64,000 nucleotides of DNA from the human T2T-CHM13v2.0 reference genome, Homo sapiens (GCF_009914755.1 NC_060939.1); one strand, 5' to 3'. Positions 1 through 13,578 are shown, counted from the stretch's first letter. Notes: generated from the letters alone by a model not told the origin. Numbers and translations: made by a program.

Positions 1-254
1 TCTATTTGGTAATAAGAGAGTTACTGAAATTGGCTAAGATTCAAGAGTAGTTGACATGGATACCATCTCTTGGTGGTACACATGACAAAGCATTTGTGGA
101 CAAGTTTTAAAATCATCACAGTTTGGATTTTACAGTCAAAAAGTTTCCACTAAATAAATACTAATTTGGCTATTTTACAATGTCCTATTTTTTTTAAACT
201 TGCTATATTTCAAAATTCAATTTGTAAAATAGTAAGAAAGTTTATGTTTGCTTT

Positions 255-400
255 TGAGTAAATTATTCAACTTCTCTTGGCCTCAATTTCCTTATCGTTA
301 TGATAAGAATAATGATATCTAAATTTTAGGATGAGAATTTTGTTTTAAGAATTAAGCAGTAAATGGTGTCTGAAACAAGGTAGACACCGAATGGTAATAA
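255..400 (+). mobile_element. MIR fragment
   Basis: Diverged MIR core: 'aacttctcttggcctcaatttccttatc...gataagaataat'. Confidence 0.55.
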
Positions 401-410
401 TCATAATATT

Positions 411-709
411 GGCCAGGTGCGGTGGCTCACGCCTGTAAATCCCAGCACTTTGGGAGGCTGAGGTGGGTGAATTGCTTGAGCTCAGGAGTTCAAGGCCAGC
501 CTGGGCAACATGGTGGAAATCCTGTCTCTACCAAAAATACAAAAATGAGCAAGGTGTGGTGGTGCACTCCTGTAGTCCCAGCTACTCGGGAGGCTGAGGT
601 AGGAGGATCCTGGGAAGGTGGGCTGCAGTCCAGTTGAGGCTTCGGTGAGTTGTGATCCTGCCAGCCTGGGTGACAGAGCAAGACCATGTCTCGAAAAAAA
701 AAAAAAAAA
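411..709 (+). mobile_element. Alu (AluJ-like)
   Basis: ggccaggtgcggtggctcacgcctgtaa start, dimeric body, A tail, flanking aatcataa repeat. Confidence 0.95.
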
Positions 710-1959
710 TCATAACGTTGTCTACATGGGATGCCAGTTCATATCCTGATGCCTATTTCTTAACCCTCAAATTGTACAGAACATCTCTGAAAACAGCGCT
801 TCAGATTGGGGTAGGGAAGACCATTACCCACTACTTTAAAGAGTACCCGAGTAGCGGAGTACCCACAAGACAACAGGAGTCCCTGAAACGAGAGGCGCAA
901 AGACAGCAGGGTCGAATCATTCCTGCTTCATAATTCTGCTTTAGACTAGCTTGCTGAGAATGAGCTGGGTAGAGGACAAGGAAAAGGGCATCTCCCCAGT
1001 GTTTTTGGAATGAAGGTGACTTGTAGAGGCAGGGAGGAGCCTCCCTGTCCTGAATGCTCTTAATTGTCCATGTATGTTTTGGAGGTGGTGGATTCAGAGG
1101 GGATGAAGGTAGCAAGTGGCAGCTGCTGGTTGAAGGAAGAAGGCGGCAACCCATTTCCTTGACGACGGTGTGAGCCTTGGGTGGTAGACACCTGGAAGTG
1201 TTATTTACTTGCTATGTTTAGAATCCTTTTAGAAAAGCTGAAAACTGTTTGCCACTTCCTTTCAGAAATCCTTAATTCTAACCTGCAAGTTTTGTGCTAT
1301 AATTTGTCAACTGTGCTTGGGAAAGACTTCATAGACTTCCTAGAAATAGAGATGGAGCCTGCTTTCCAATCAGCATCATTTAAAAGAAAACAGAGAACCT
1401 TTTAGGCATGTGAGGTTGTTGATTGCTAGCATTATTATGATGACCGGAGACTTTGCAATTTATAGAGAGACCACGAACGTGCCGGGCATTGTTGACAAAG
1501 CACAGGATTCAAAATTGTTTCTGCCCAGAGCATGCAATCTCACCCTCTTGAGATGTTTTGTTTATTTTTTTTCTCTCTCCTTAAGAGTATTCTGCTAAAT
1601 TGGGAACATTGTGATCCTGGTGGAAAATTGATCTCATAAGATGTATCTCAAAGGATCTTCAGACCTATTTTTAGATTATTCACCTTTTGTCTGTCATGGC
1701 CATCGCCTATTTATTTATCAACATTTTACTGAGCGTTTAGTGTGACCCAGGCAGTAAGCTAAACATTCCTACATTTATTATGGTATTTCTAACCCAACTG
1801 TCCATGAGTTAGGTACAAGTATTAGTCCAATAATGTGGGTGAGGAAATTGGGTGTTACAGAGGTTATGGAAATTAGCCTAAAGTTGATCTGAATTAAACT
1901 TACATTTTTAACCCCTTCTCTTCTGTCTTTCTCTCCCTGTCTCCCTCTACCTCTCTCTT

Positions 1960-2362
1960 TCTGTGCCTCAGCCTCACTAGCCTTCTGAATGTCCCTCAAC
2001 TTTGCCATAGGACTTTGCATACTAGCCTCTTTTGCCCTGAGCATTTTTCTTTTCCATTTTCTGCTAGTTCACTTTTGTTTATCTTTCAGCTCTCAGCTTA
2101 AGTGTTACTTCTTAAGGGATCCTTTTCTGATTCACATCAAATAACTCTATTTTATGCTCACATGTCACAATAAACCCGGCACCTATTCCTGGTTGCACTT
2201 TTATATCTGGGTGACTCTGCACAATACATCCCTCCCCAACTAACTTCGAAGCTTTGTAAGAACAAGGACTGTCTGTATACATGCTGTCTATGTATTCGTA
2301 GCACCTAGCGCAGTTCCTGGTACATAGCAAATGCTCAACAAACATCTACCAAATAAATGAAA
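1960..2362 (+). mobile_element. L2 3' end
   Basis: 'gcacctagcgcagttcctggtacatagcaaatgctcaacaaacat...aataaatgaa' is a typical L2 terminus. Confidence 0.65.
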
Positions 2363-3326
2363 AACAGACTACATTCTATCTTTACCTTGTTCTAGACCGT
2401 GAATACCCTTTTTACCGAGGAGGATCATTGATATCCTTGACAATTCATTATATAAGACTCAATGTGTGGTTGGGACATTTGTCAAATTCTGGGGCTGGAG
2501 AACTCTCAGCAAAGATCTTGTTGAGGTTGTTTTCAAGGTTCCATCTAAGATACTCCAGTCAGAAAATAGTATATGCCATTTATTTTTTTATTTTGTTTTA
2601 TTTTATATCTTAACATTTTGTTACAAAACCACATTACCTACCACCCAGCTTCTGTAGTGATAGCAGACGTCTTTCTTATATGTCTTCAGTATTTCCATGC
2701 CAACCCCCACCATTATTGAAACAAATATCATAGTTATTCAGCCCATAGTCTTCTAAAACACTTCTTTCTTATGAACTCATTTCAACCTCTCCAGGAAATG
2801 TTTTCCTTCAACTTATACTAAATTTCTAATCATGCAGTTTCTGCCTGTTTCCTCTTGTGTGAAGACAGAGAGCGGCTGGTCACTATTTTTGGTGTTATAT
2901 AACCATTTTTAGTAATTGAAGTTTGTGATTAGTGCTCCCTTCAGTCATTCATTAACAACTTCAAATTTAATAATGTCTTTTATTTAACCAGTGGACCATC
3001 TCTAGTGAGTGTTCAAACTGCATGACTGGAAGAACAAATTTATTTTTGGCAATATGGTTTCCTTGGGCTATGAGCTGTGTCCTGAGCTCTTGGCTCATGA
3101 GTTTGGAAAGGTTCTGTCTTATTCTTTAGAGGCTAAGAAATAGAATGTTATGGGCTTGTTCTTTCAGTCTGGCAGGGCATAAGCACTCTATTTCTGTGAG
3201 ATCAGGGGCACTACTCAAAGTGCGAGGGGATGGACTGTTTTTTTCCCAGTCTAGTAAAATTGGATCTAGACTTGTGGAGAAAATTGAGAGGGGGACTACA
3301 GGATCCTTTTTTCCCCTCCACTTTAA

Positions 3327-3656
<330 letters not shown>

Positions 3657-3691
3657 AATGGTGCCTATTTTTTTTTTTAACAGTGTTTGAC

Positions 3692-4167
3692 TGCTATGTT
3701 TTGAATATGATTTGTTTGCCCCTACCAAGTCACATGTTGAGATCTGAACCCCAATGTTGGAGTTGGGGCCTAATGGGGCGCTGGGGCCTTGCACAGAGTA
3801 GGCATTCAGGAAACTATGGAATGAGAGGTGTTTGGATCGTAGGGGCAGATCCCCCATGAATGGCTGAGTGCCACTGTCACAGGAGCGGGTGAGTTCTCAC
3901 TCCTGTTTCCCACGTGAGCTTGTTGTTGAAAAGGCCTGGCACTTCCCTTCCTTCTCTCACTTCCTCGCTTACCCTGTGATCTGCACATGCAGGCTCCTCT
4001 TGCCTCATACCATGAGCAGAAATAGCCTGACACTTTCACGAAAAGCAGATGCTGGGTCCATGCTTCTTGTACAGCCTGCAGAACGTGAGCCAAACAAACT
4101 TCTTTTCTTTATAAATTACCCAATCTCAAGCTTTAAAAAATAACAACACAAAAGACAGACTAAAACA
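3692..4167 (+). mobile_element. MaLR solo LTR (MSTB-like)
   Basis: TG...CA ends. 'cttcttgtacagcctgcagaacgtgagccaaacaaacttcttttctttataaattaccca' is an MST signature. Homologous to the copy at 58141. Confidence 0.85.
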
Positions 4168-4466
4168 CTGACACATAGTTGGCACTCTGTATTTGCTTGC
4201 TCAGTTGCTAGATTGACAGAAAAATTGAGCTGTGCACCTTGTAAACTTCTGTAACAATGTTCTCACTGAGATGGACTTTACATCCTGGCATCGAGAACAG
4301 AATGACAAGGCTCTGTCAGATTGCATATTCAGTCTGAATCCCACTTCATATCATTCCATAGTTCCCTGAATGCCTACTGTGTGAAAGACCCCATGCTAGG
4401 ATCAGGGGAGGGCAAGAGGAATGAGTCAAAAATCTTGCTCTAGAGGAGCTCACAGTCTAAAGTGAG

Positions 4467-5021
4467 TGTGGGAGATTAAAAGTGGCTGAAAATTCTTTTC
4501 TACTCCTCCAGTTGAGGGGTAGAGTCTAACTCCCCTCCCCTTAAATTTGGACTAGCGTCCAGATTGATTTGATTAATCAATAGAATGTGGCAGAAGTGAT
4601 GTTTGGCCTTCTGAGGCTAAGACAAAAGAAGCCTTGCAACTTTCACCCGGTTCATGTGGAATACTTGATCTGGGGGAAGCCAGCTGCCATGGAAGAGGTC
4701 CAGGTACCTTAAGACTATTATGCTGAAAAAGACATATGTGGGCATTCTGGTCACTAGTCCAGGTGTGCCCAGTCTTCTAGCTATACCTGTCAAGGTGCCA
4801 GATGTGATTGAAATCAACATAGACCCTCCAGTCTAGTGCATCTGCCAGTTGAGTGGCACTCAGTGACCTCAGTTAATACCATGGGAAGCAGTAGAATCTC
4901 CCAGCCAAGTTCTGGCCAAATTTACCTACCCACAAAATCCATAGCTAGAATTAAAAGGCCATTGTTCTAAGGCATTAAGTTTTGGGATAGTTTGTTACCC
5001 CCACAATAGACAGTGAGAACA
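4467..5021 (+). mobile_element. MaLR solo LTR (MLT1F/G-like) interrupting an L2
   Basis: 'aatcaatagaatgtggcagaagtgatg' and terminal 'aagttttgggatagtttgttac...agaaca'. Confidence 0.7.
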
Positions 5022-7040
5022 GAGATATAAGAAAATAACCAGCATCAAGTAAGAACTTTAATAAAAGGTATGTACAAAGTGTTGTTGGACAACGAATTAG
5101 AACAAATAATTCTGTTCTTGGAGAGGCCAGGCCACCACAGTGCCTCACTTGGTGGGGCACCAATCATGTTGTAGTCTTTGTGAACAGCAGCCCTGGAGTT
5201 GTGCAGAGCCCAATAGGAGCAGACATATGTGGCAATTGTGGGTAATGGGGGCTGGGAAGGCAGGTTAGCTGGGAAAACCATAAAGAAAAGGAACTGGAGC
5301 TGAGAATTAACATATGCTACAAAGAGTGGGGAGAAATGATGCTTAAGCCTGTATCAGCATGAGCCCAGACTTGAGAGCAGAGGTACCCATGATACTCTTG
5401 GTACATAATAACTGGTTCTGTATCATTGGCATGGAGTGTTGGGGTAGGAGGAGTGGCTGCAGCTGAGCCTCCAAAGGCAGAGTGACGTAAAGGGCGTCAC
5501 TTTCATACTGTGGTGAGGAGCTGGGAGGAGGAAGGCAACAGGGACACATAGAAGATTTTAAAGCAGGGAGTGACACATTCAAAACAGTATTTGAGAAAAT
5601 TGCAGTTCAAAACCCCACAGACTATGAAAGACACTGTTCTTCCAACTCCAACTCCCTGAGTCTCCCTGAAAGCTTGGTAGATACATTTTTTTATAGGATT
5701 TTTTTCAACAACAGGGGATTACTCAATGTTTCATTTCAAAGGATCATTAAAGGAAAATCAAGGCACATCACATCCTGCCTTCTTTAACTGCTCATTTATT
5801 ATTACTGTGGGTGAGATAACAGCTTTGTGTTATTCTTCTAAATAGTGTAAAATATTTATTGGTAAATGTAGCAGTACATAAATTAATGCCAGTTGAGATT
5901 ATTTTTCTCCACTGATCACCATAATGTTTACTTAAAGTAAAACCATTTGTGCTGCTCCATTCTGGCTCAGCGCTAAGTGAGGGCATTATGAACTGAACGT
6001 CTTTAGGACAACACTGTCTCTTAGTTTCCATGGGGTGGCAGGACCCTGTGGGTGAGCTGGCTCTCTGGTTTGTTTGTGAAACCAACTTCTTTCCTATTTT
6101 TCAAGACCACAGTACTTGGGAAGAGAGCACGTGGAGGTGTAAAATTTTCTTTTCTCTGTCACATCTGAATTTACTAAAAGTGGCTTTTTTAAGTAAGATA
6201 TTCATTATTTCTCTTATCTGAAAGCCCACATGTGGGGGGCTCCTTAGAGTTGATCTGGTGGCTTACCAGTCACCGAGGACCCAAAATTGTGTCTTCATAC
6301 GGCAATGTCCAAACACAGGAAATATTTTTTGTGTTTTGTTTTAAATTTTTTTTTTAACTTCTGGAGAAAAATTTTTTCCAAAATCTTGCAGGTATCCTCT
6401 CAGGTTTTCTATTTCTGATCTGGGTTCATATCCTCCTCTAAACCAACCACAGGAAAGAGAAAAAGCTTAGAGGAGATGAACCATGGCCCATTCCCTGGGC
6501 AGGGGAGAGAGACCCACATCCTCCATCAACACTCAACCATCCTGTATTTGAAGCAAATGGGGTTTTCTCAGAGGCAGCTCCGGAGGAATGACTGAAGTGT
6601 GTGCAGCATATGATGTTGGCCACAGGTCAAACCAATTTAATTGATTTGTATATTAAATGTTGATTTAATATATACCATATGCCCAGTTCTATATCCCTGT
6701 TGGCAGATAAAACAGAAGTATAGAAGACAATGCTTGTTCTCAGGGAGTATCAGTGGGCATTATAATAAAGCAGGCCATTCCTTAGCTTGAGAAATTAATA
6801 AAATATATGGATTATCTATTACAGCTCGTGAGGTGGGAATAGAGATATGAATAAGACCTAGTTCTTGCCCACAAATAATGTGCAATTCCCTTCACCATCT
6901 GCTTTATTCAATCTGGTCATACTGCAGACAGATTCATCCCCCAGCCTCCCCATGCTCTGCCATGTTGCCCTCGGAACACACAGGGCTACATCACAGTGGG
7001 AACATTCTTTTCTCCCCTTTCAACTTGGTTTCTCAAGAGT

Positions 7041-7087
7041 CTCCCATCCAAGTACTAACCAGGCCCAACCCTGTTTAGCTTCTGAGA
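7041..7087 (-). pseudogene. Tailless 5S rRNA retropseudogene (about nt 43-91 of 5S)
   Basis: Minus strand reads tctcagaagctaaacagggttgggcctggttagtacttggatgggag(ac), versus 5S TCTCGGAAGCTAAGCAGGGTCGGGCCTGGTTAGTACTTGGATGGGAGAC. Perfect 14-bp TSD ggtttctcaagagt at 7027-7040 and 7088-7101. Confidence 0.93.
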
Positions 7088-7997
7088 GGTTTCTCAAGAG
7101 TTATCATTCATGGATCTGGCTGGGTTCAATGTTTCTTTCCAGGATTCTCTCTACTTCTCCCAGTTTACCTTTGTCACAGCCCTTGCTGTCTTGGGTCCTG
7201 TCTGCCAGCTGTTCATCTCAGCCAGGCCTGGAGCCCTATGAAGGAAGGTTGTGCTGTCATCCATTTTTATCCTCAGTGCCCAGCTTGGTGGCTGGAATGT
7301 AGATGATTCCCAGTGAATGTTTGCGAGATGAATGCATGAATCATTGAATGAAAATAAATTATATCTGGACCTTTTATTCCCCTTTAATCAGTTTTTACCT
7401 TATTAGTTTTCTTCTTTCCCTTTTCTCCTTCCTCTTTTTCTCATCTCCTCATTTTCTCTCTTATTTTCCTTTTCCTTGCTCATGATTTATAATCAACTAA
7501 TGACTTCAGCATTTTAAAATTTACCCAACATTTGCACAGCCTTTCCAAAGGCTTTTATGCCCCTCCTCTTCATAGAAAGATGAGCTGTGCTACAGGTCTA
7601 TCCAGAAATGTCAATGTTGATCAGGAAACTAATTCCAGAGACTTCATTTTCTTCTGTGAGCCATCTTTGGGTCCATTTTCAAAGGGCTAGAGTCCTGAAC
7701 ATTCCCCCAAATAATAGATCAGTTGCTGGACAGCTCCTCGGTTCTTATTTCCAGTTTTTCATAGACTACGGAGGGAGAGGCACCCACATTGGTACACGTA
7801 TATATCACAGTTGCTGGAGGATGGTGTGGACTTGGAGTTTCAGAGAATGATATCATCTATTAACATTTAGTGCAGCTGTGATGACAGGCATTAGCAAAGC
7901 ATATGCCAAGACTGCCCTTGTTAGCCCAAAGCTCCCAGTGGAGAAGATGTTAGAGGAAACCCAAGTCTTTCTCCTGGGTAAGTGTCTAGGGATCCCT

Positions 7998-8351
7998 AGG
8001 AGACTCAGGAAGTCCACACTGTCTCTGAGTTCAGGGTTCTCTTCTGTATAACACCTCTGTTATACAGATAGAGTATCAAGCATTGCAGAGATCCCTTAGA
8101 GTTTTTTCATAATAGGATTTGGCACCACCCCGGGATTCTCTTGAGAAAAGGAGGAGTTCGTTCTTGTCAGTCAGGGAAGTCTTTCCATCAGAACATTTTA
8201 GTGGATTTCTGTTTCTTGCCTCTGTGCTGTATTGAAAAATAAGCCAGCCGGGTGTGGTGGCTCATGCCTGTAATCCCTTTGGGAGGCTGAGGCAGGAGAT
8301 CGAGATCATCCTGGTTAACATGGTGGAAACTCGTCTCTTCTGAAAACACAA
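7998..8351 (+). repeat. Local direct duplicate of 9883-10243, including the left arm of an Alu (8246-8351)
   Basis: Colinear near-identity with 9883-10243. Bracketed by a 27-bp direct repeat at 7970-7996 and 8356-8382. Confidence 0.95.
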
Positions 8352-8508
8352 TCAATCTCCTGGGTAAGTGTCTAGGGATCCCATCAAGTATCTAGGGATC
8401 CCTAGAGGTCTCATCCTTCTCAGAATAGGAGTTAGAAAGTTAAATTTTGATATCTTGTTCATCAATTAATTTACAAATCAAAATTAATTGAAAAAATACA
8501 TTAATTGA

Positions 8509-8922
8509 TTTTTTTTTTTTTTTAAAAACCAGGGCATTCCTTAGTTTAAGTGGGGCCCACCTGGGTGAGAGGGCCCAGCACCTAGAAGAAGGTGTTGGGT
8601 CTCTTGGTGGTGAAGTACCACTTGCATTGACAACGCAGGACCCAGTGGGGCAGCGGGAACTTGTTCTTGGAGTCGTGGAACTGCTTCACTGTGGGCCGGT
8701 GGCACTTGCTGGGGACAATCTCCTCCACCTTCATGATCTAAATGGGTGGGCGGGACATGATGTGGAGAGCCCCTGTCTGGGTAGCACTGGGTGACAGCAC
8801 CCCTGGTGGTCAGGTCTTGGTATTCCCCGTGCATGTTGTGGGTGCCCCTCCCAGAGTCATAGCGCAGTCAGATGCCAAGTTCTTCACCCTCAGGGGGGTA
8901 CTTCTCAAACACCCGCCCACAG
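8509..8922 (-). pseudogene. RPL18A: 5'-truncated processed pseudogene of ribosomal protein L18a (symbol is the parent gene)
   Basis: Minus-strand translation across frameshifts gives CGRVFEK.PLRVKN...[27 protein letters not shown]...IMKVEEI...KQFHDSK..FPLPH.VLR.Q...[10 protein letters not shown], matching the RPL18A C-terminal part. No introns, 3'UTR present, poly(A), ~15-bp TSD. Confidence 0.93.
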
Positions 8923-9194
8923 GTGTTAATCAATTAGTTGATTTTTTCAATTAATTAATTTTGATTTGTAAAAATATTTATCTTGATTACTGTGGGTTTT
9001 TTTTTTTTTAATGCCCCTTAAATTTTGTGCTGAAGCAGGTGGCCCTGGCTGGGATTTTGAAGTCTGATTTTAACTCTTTAAGACCCTGGGGAGGCTTAAG
9101 GCTGGGACTGAAGAAAGTGTAGGCATCATGTGCCTTTGGGGATGTTGTTGGACTTCATGACCTCCTTGGAGTTCTTTTTGGTTCGGTTTGGTTC

Positions 9195-9740
9195 CATTCA
9201 ACAAATATTTGCCCACCTTTTATGAAAGACCCCTTGTGCCAGGTGCTGGAAAGATATATACACAAAACTTGATTTCTTCTTTAAATATCTTCATACCTAG
9301 TGGGGGTGGAGTGGGAAGCAAGATTATACCATGATACCAACACCATGTGGTAAGTGCAATGTCAGGGCTGAGCCCAGAGTGATGTGGAGATAGAAGGGAC
9401 TCCAGACCCAGCTTGGGGGTTGGATGGGATCTCGTGGAGCTGGAGTGCACTTGAAGGATGAGCTGGCATTGACTAGGCTGAGAGGTAAGGAAAAGTGCGG
9501 CTGGAAGAGGGAAGAGTGTGATCAAAGTTACAGAGGCATGAAATGGCATGGTTTGAGCAGGAAACTCCAAGGGGTTCCGTGTTGATGAAACATCTATTTC
9601 AGGCAGGGTGTTGTAATGAATAATGAAGCTGAAGACATAAGAAGGACAAGATCATAAAGAGCTTTGGAAATTCTATTAATGAGCTATGACTTTATCCTAT
9701 ATGTGATGGGGAATTATTGAGGCCTTTGAAGTGGATGAGG
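9195..9740 (-). mobile_element. L2 fragment
   Basis: 'cattcaacaaatattt...tgtgccaggtgctgg' is a reverse L2 terminus, followed by degenerate L2 body. Confidence 0.55.
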
Positions 9741-10120
9741 AGTATGAGTCTTATGGAAGATTAAGGCTTTGCCTTAAATAAAATACCCTCTCCTCCAAAT
9801 ATCTTACAGTGCAAAGAGCGCTGGCCTGATTTTGGGAGACTGGACTGAGTGGTACTTCTGGCCTTGCTGTATGTATTACTTCAGGAGACTCAGCAAGTCC
9901 ACACTGTCTCTGAATTCAGGGTTCTCTTCTGTATAACAGAGGATAGAGTATCAAGCATTGCAGAGATCCTTTAGAGTTTTTTCATAATAGGATTTGGCAC
10001 CACCCTGGGATTCTCCTGAGAAAAGGAGGAGTTCATTCTTGTCAGTCAGGGAAGTCTTTTCGTCAGAACATTTTAGTGGATTTCTGTTTCTTGCCTCTGT
10101 GCTGTATTGAAAAATAAGCC

Positions 10121-10501
<381 letters not shown>

Positions 10502-10722
10502 TTATTCTTTTGTTCATCTTGCTGATGTTACTACAAGATACGTCTGCAAAGATGAGTTCTGAAGACTAAATATGGAGGGAGGCACAGCCCCTGGGTCTCT
10601 TACCAAGTGAATCCCCTTGCCTGTCCTTTCGCTGTAGTTAATCTTTCTCCATGACAGGAAGTAGAGCTCTGCCATTCCATGTACATCCCTGATCATCCAA
10701 CTCCTTCCTCTTGCATTCTTAA

Positions 10723-10818
<96 letters not shown>

Positions 10819-12344
10819 TAGGCCATGCTCTCATGCTTTCATATGGCGGATGTGGAGCCTGCTGGCTGTGATCTCTCCCAGGCACCTCTGTGACCTGGGG
10901 GTTTGCTCTTGCTTCAGTTTCCTGTGAGAGGCAGCATCACTAGCCCATCTTTTTTCTCTAAGGTTAATAAGACCCAAGTAACCTGGACTGTTTGTACTTG
11001 CACTCCTCAGTCTTCTCACCCGACACTGAGGAGGAAATTAGATTTAGTAGTAACCCTCCGTGGTTCTACCCCTCTTCTCGCCCTGCTCGCTTCCATTGTG
11101 ACCTATTTAAGAGAGCTGAGTATCAGAAGCTGCTTTGGCTATTTGAAGTAGAGGCAGGAATATCAGGCAGAAGCTGAACTTGAAAGCATGTAAGCATCAC
11201 GTTTTCAGAGATAAGATAACAGAGTTGACTACATTGGAATCAACTGGATTAACTGGAGCATGCTTCTATTCGCTCAAGTTCTTACTGAGATTTTTGAACA
11301 TTCCAACATTCACTCAATTTGCATTTTTATGTATGCTTGCCTCATTACTTTAGAAAGAAATATTAACACTGAACAGGCAATATCAGAAATAAATGACACT
11401 CCAGACCCATAGATCCTCAGGATTATGGTTTCAAGAGGAAGGGGCCCATCGTATTGGGGTCTTTCCATGGTTTGTGCTGCGTTCCACTGGCAGGATGACT
11501 TACATTTAGTCTTTCACGTGGGGCCTGTGTAAGTGAAGTCACTCGTCTTCTGGGATAGTGCTGTCTTACATTTGTCCAGAGGTGTCTGAAACTCTTAAGA
11601 CAAAACCTTGAAGTTCTCCCTCTGATAAGGTGGTGATTACTTTGCCTCTTGCAGAGAATGCTACTTTTCATTAGGACAAAAAATCAGATGGTCGTCTTTG
11701 ATAATGTACCACCCTGTTGGCCACCTTGGTTAAGTCAACTTTGCCCCGTACATAGAGAGAATCAACCAAGGCCAAGTTGTAATGAAATCGTTGCTTTTGA
11801 GTTTGTCCTTGGGCAAGGTGGAGGAGGTCCCTGTTCAAAATTGTACTTAGGTAGAAAGACCAATAGTTCGTCATAGCTCTAGACTGTCTTCAAAATTCCC
11901 TAGATAGGATGATTGGATGTTTCTTTCTCAAGGGACTACTGCAGTGGTTTCTGTAATTTTCTTCCATCAATTTCTGAAGGCTAGCATCAGAAAATCATTA
12001 TGCCATCAATACAATGATTCCAGATTAGGCCATCATCCCAATCCTTGTTACAGAAGATTCAAATGTATAGCAGAGGGATACTGATATTCTCTCTTCTAAG
12101 TATATGATTATTCAAAAGCCCATATGCATATTTACATACATGTACACACATGTATACATACATATACTGAATATTCAACAGAATCTCAGATAAGCTCTAT
12201 TTATTACAGCTGTTGCAGCTGAACACAACTAGGTTCTTAAATATTCCACTATTTTCCTATTTCACAACCCTCTTCCCTTAACTGATAGTACAACTTTAAC
12301 ACAGGTTGCTTCAAGAACTACATAATTTTACGTAGTTGAAATGA

Positions 12345-12620
<276 letters not shown>

Positions 12621-12921
12621 TGAAAAGGCACTTCTAGGGTTGTTATCATGAGTGCAATTTGGGAAGCTTTGGTGGAGTAGCACAGGGAGAAAGCGTCAGG
12701 GAGGTTCTGGACAACTTGATGGTGATGGCAGGACCAGCCCCATAGGAGAGGCCATTTTGTTGACTTTGATGTCAGCTCATCCAAGGTATGGTGCTCAGGA
12801 CAGAGCCCAGAACAAACATGGGCTACATGGGGCATGGATAATATGGGGGAAAGGAGGGGAGATACTCCAATGCAGTTTTTAATTATTTTAAAAATAAATG
12901 GAACATGTCTAAAAGTTGCAT

Positions 12922-13578
12922 CACAAGGTTGTGGAGAAAAAGGAACACTTATACACTGTTGGTGGGAGTATAAGTTAGTTCCACCATTGTGGAAAACAGT
13001 GTGGTGATTCCTCAAAGACCTAAAGACAGAAATACCATTCGATCCAGCAATCCCGTTACTGGGTATATACCCAAAGGAATAGAAATAATTCTATTATAAA
13101 GACACCTGCATGCATTTGTTCATTGCAGCACTATTCATAATTACAAAGACACGGACTCAACCTAAACGCCCATCTAGACTGGATAAAGAAAATGTGGTAC
13201 ACATACACCATGGAATACTATACAGCCATAAAAAAGAATGAGATCATGTCCTTTGCAGGGACATGGGTGGAGCTGGAGGCCATTATCCTTAGCAAACTAA
13301 AGCAGAAACAGAAAACCAAATACCTCATGCTGTCACTTACAAGTGGGAGCTAAATGATGAGAACATATGGACACACAGAGGGGAACAACACACACTTGGG
13401 CCTGTCAGAGGATGGAGGGTAAGAGGAGGGAGAGGCTTAGAAAAAATAACTAATTGGTACTAGGCTTAATACCTGGATGCTGAAATAATCTGTACAACAA
13501 ACCCCCATGACACAAGTTTACCTATGTAACAAACCTGCACATTTACCCTTGAACTTAAAATAAAAGTTAAAAAAATAA
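12922..13578 (+). mobile_element. 5'-truncated L1 (L1PA13-15-like 3' end)
   Basis: ORF2 C-terminus plus 3'UTR 'aaataatctgtacaacaaacccccatgacacaagtttacctatg' and A-rich tail. Confidence 0.9.

Noticed and set aside
6865-7302. 145-aa ORF
   Set aside because: Non-ATG start, runs through the antisense 5S fragment and an L2-like end, and shows no recognisable domain.
8541-8834. 97-aa ORF as a functional RPL18A-derived protein
   Set aside because: The copy is 5'-truncated and frameshifts after about 20 codons. No promoter is evident.
8470-8972. DNA transposon with terminal inverted repeats carrying RPL18A
   Set aside because: The poly(A) tail and direct TSD immediately around the retrocopy indicate L1-mediated insertion. 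The inverted arms match no transposon end I recognise.
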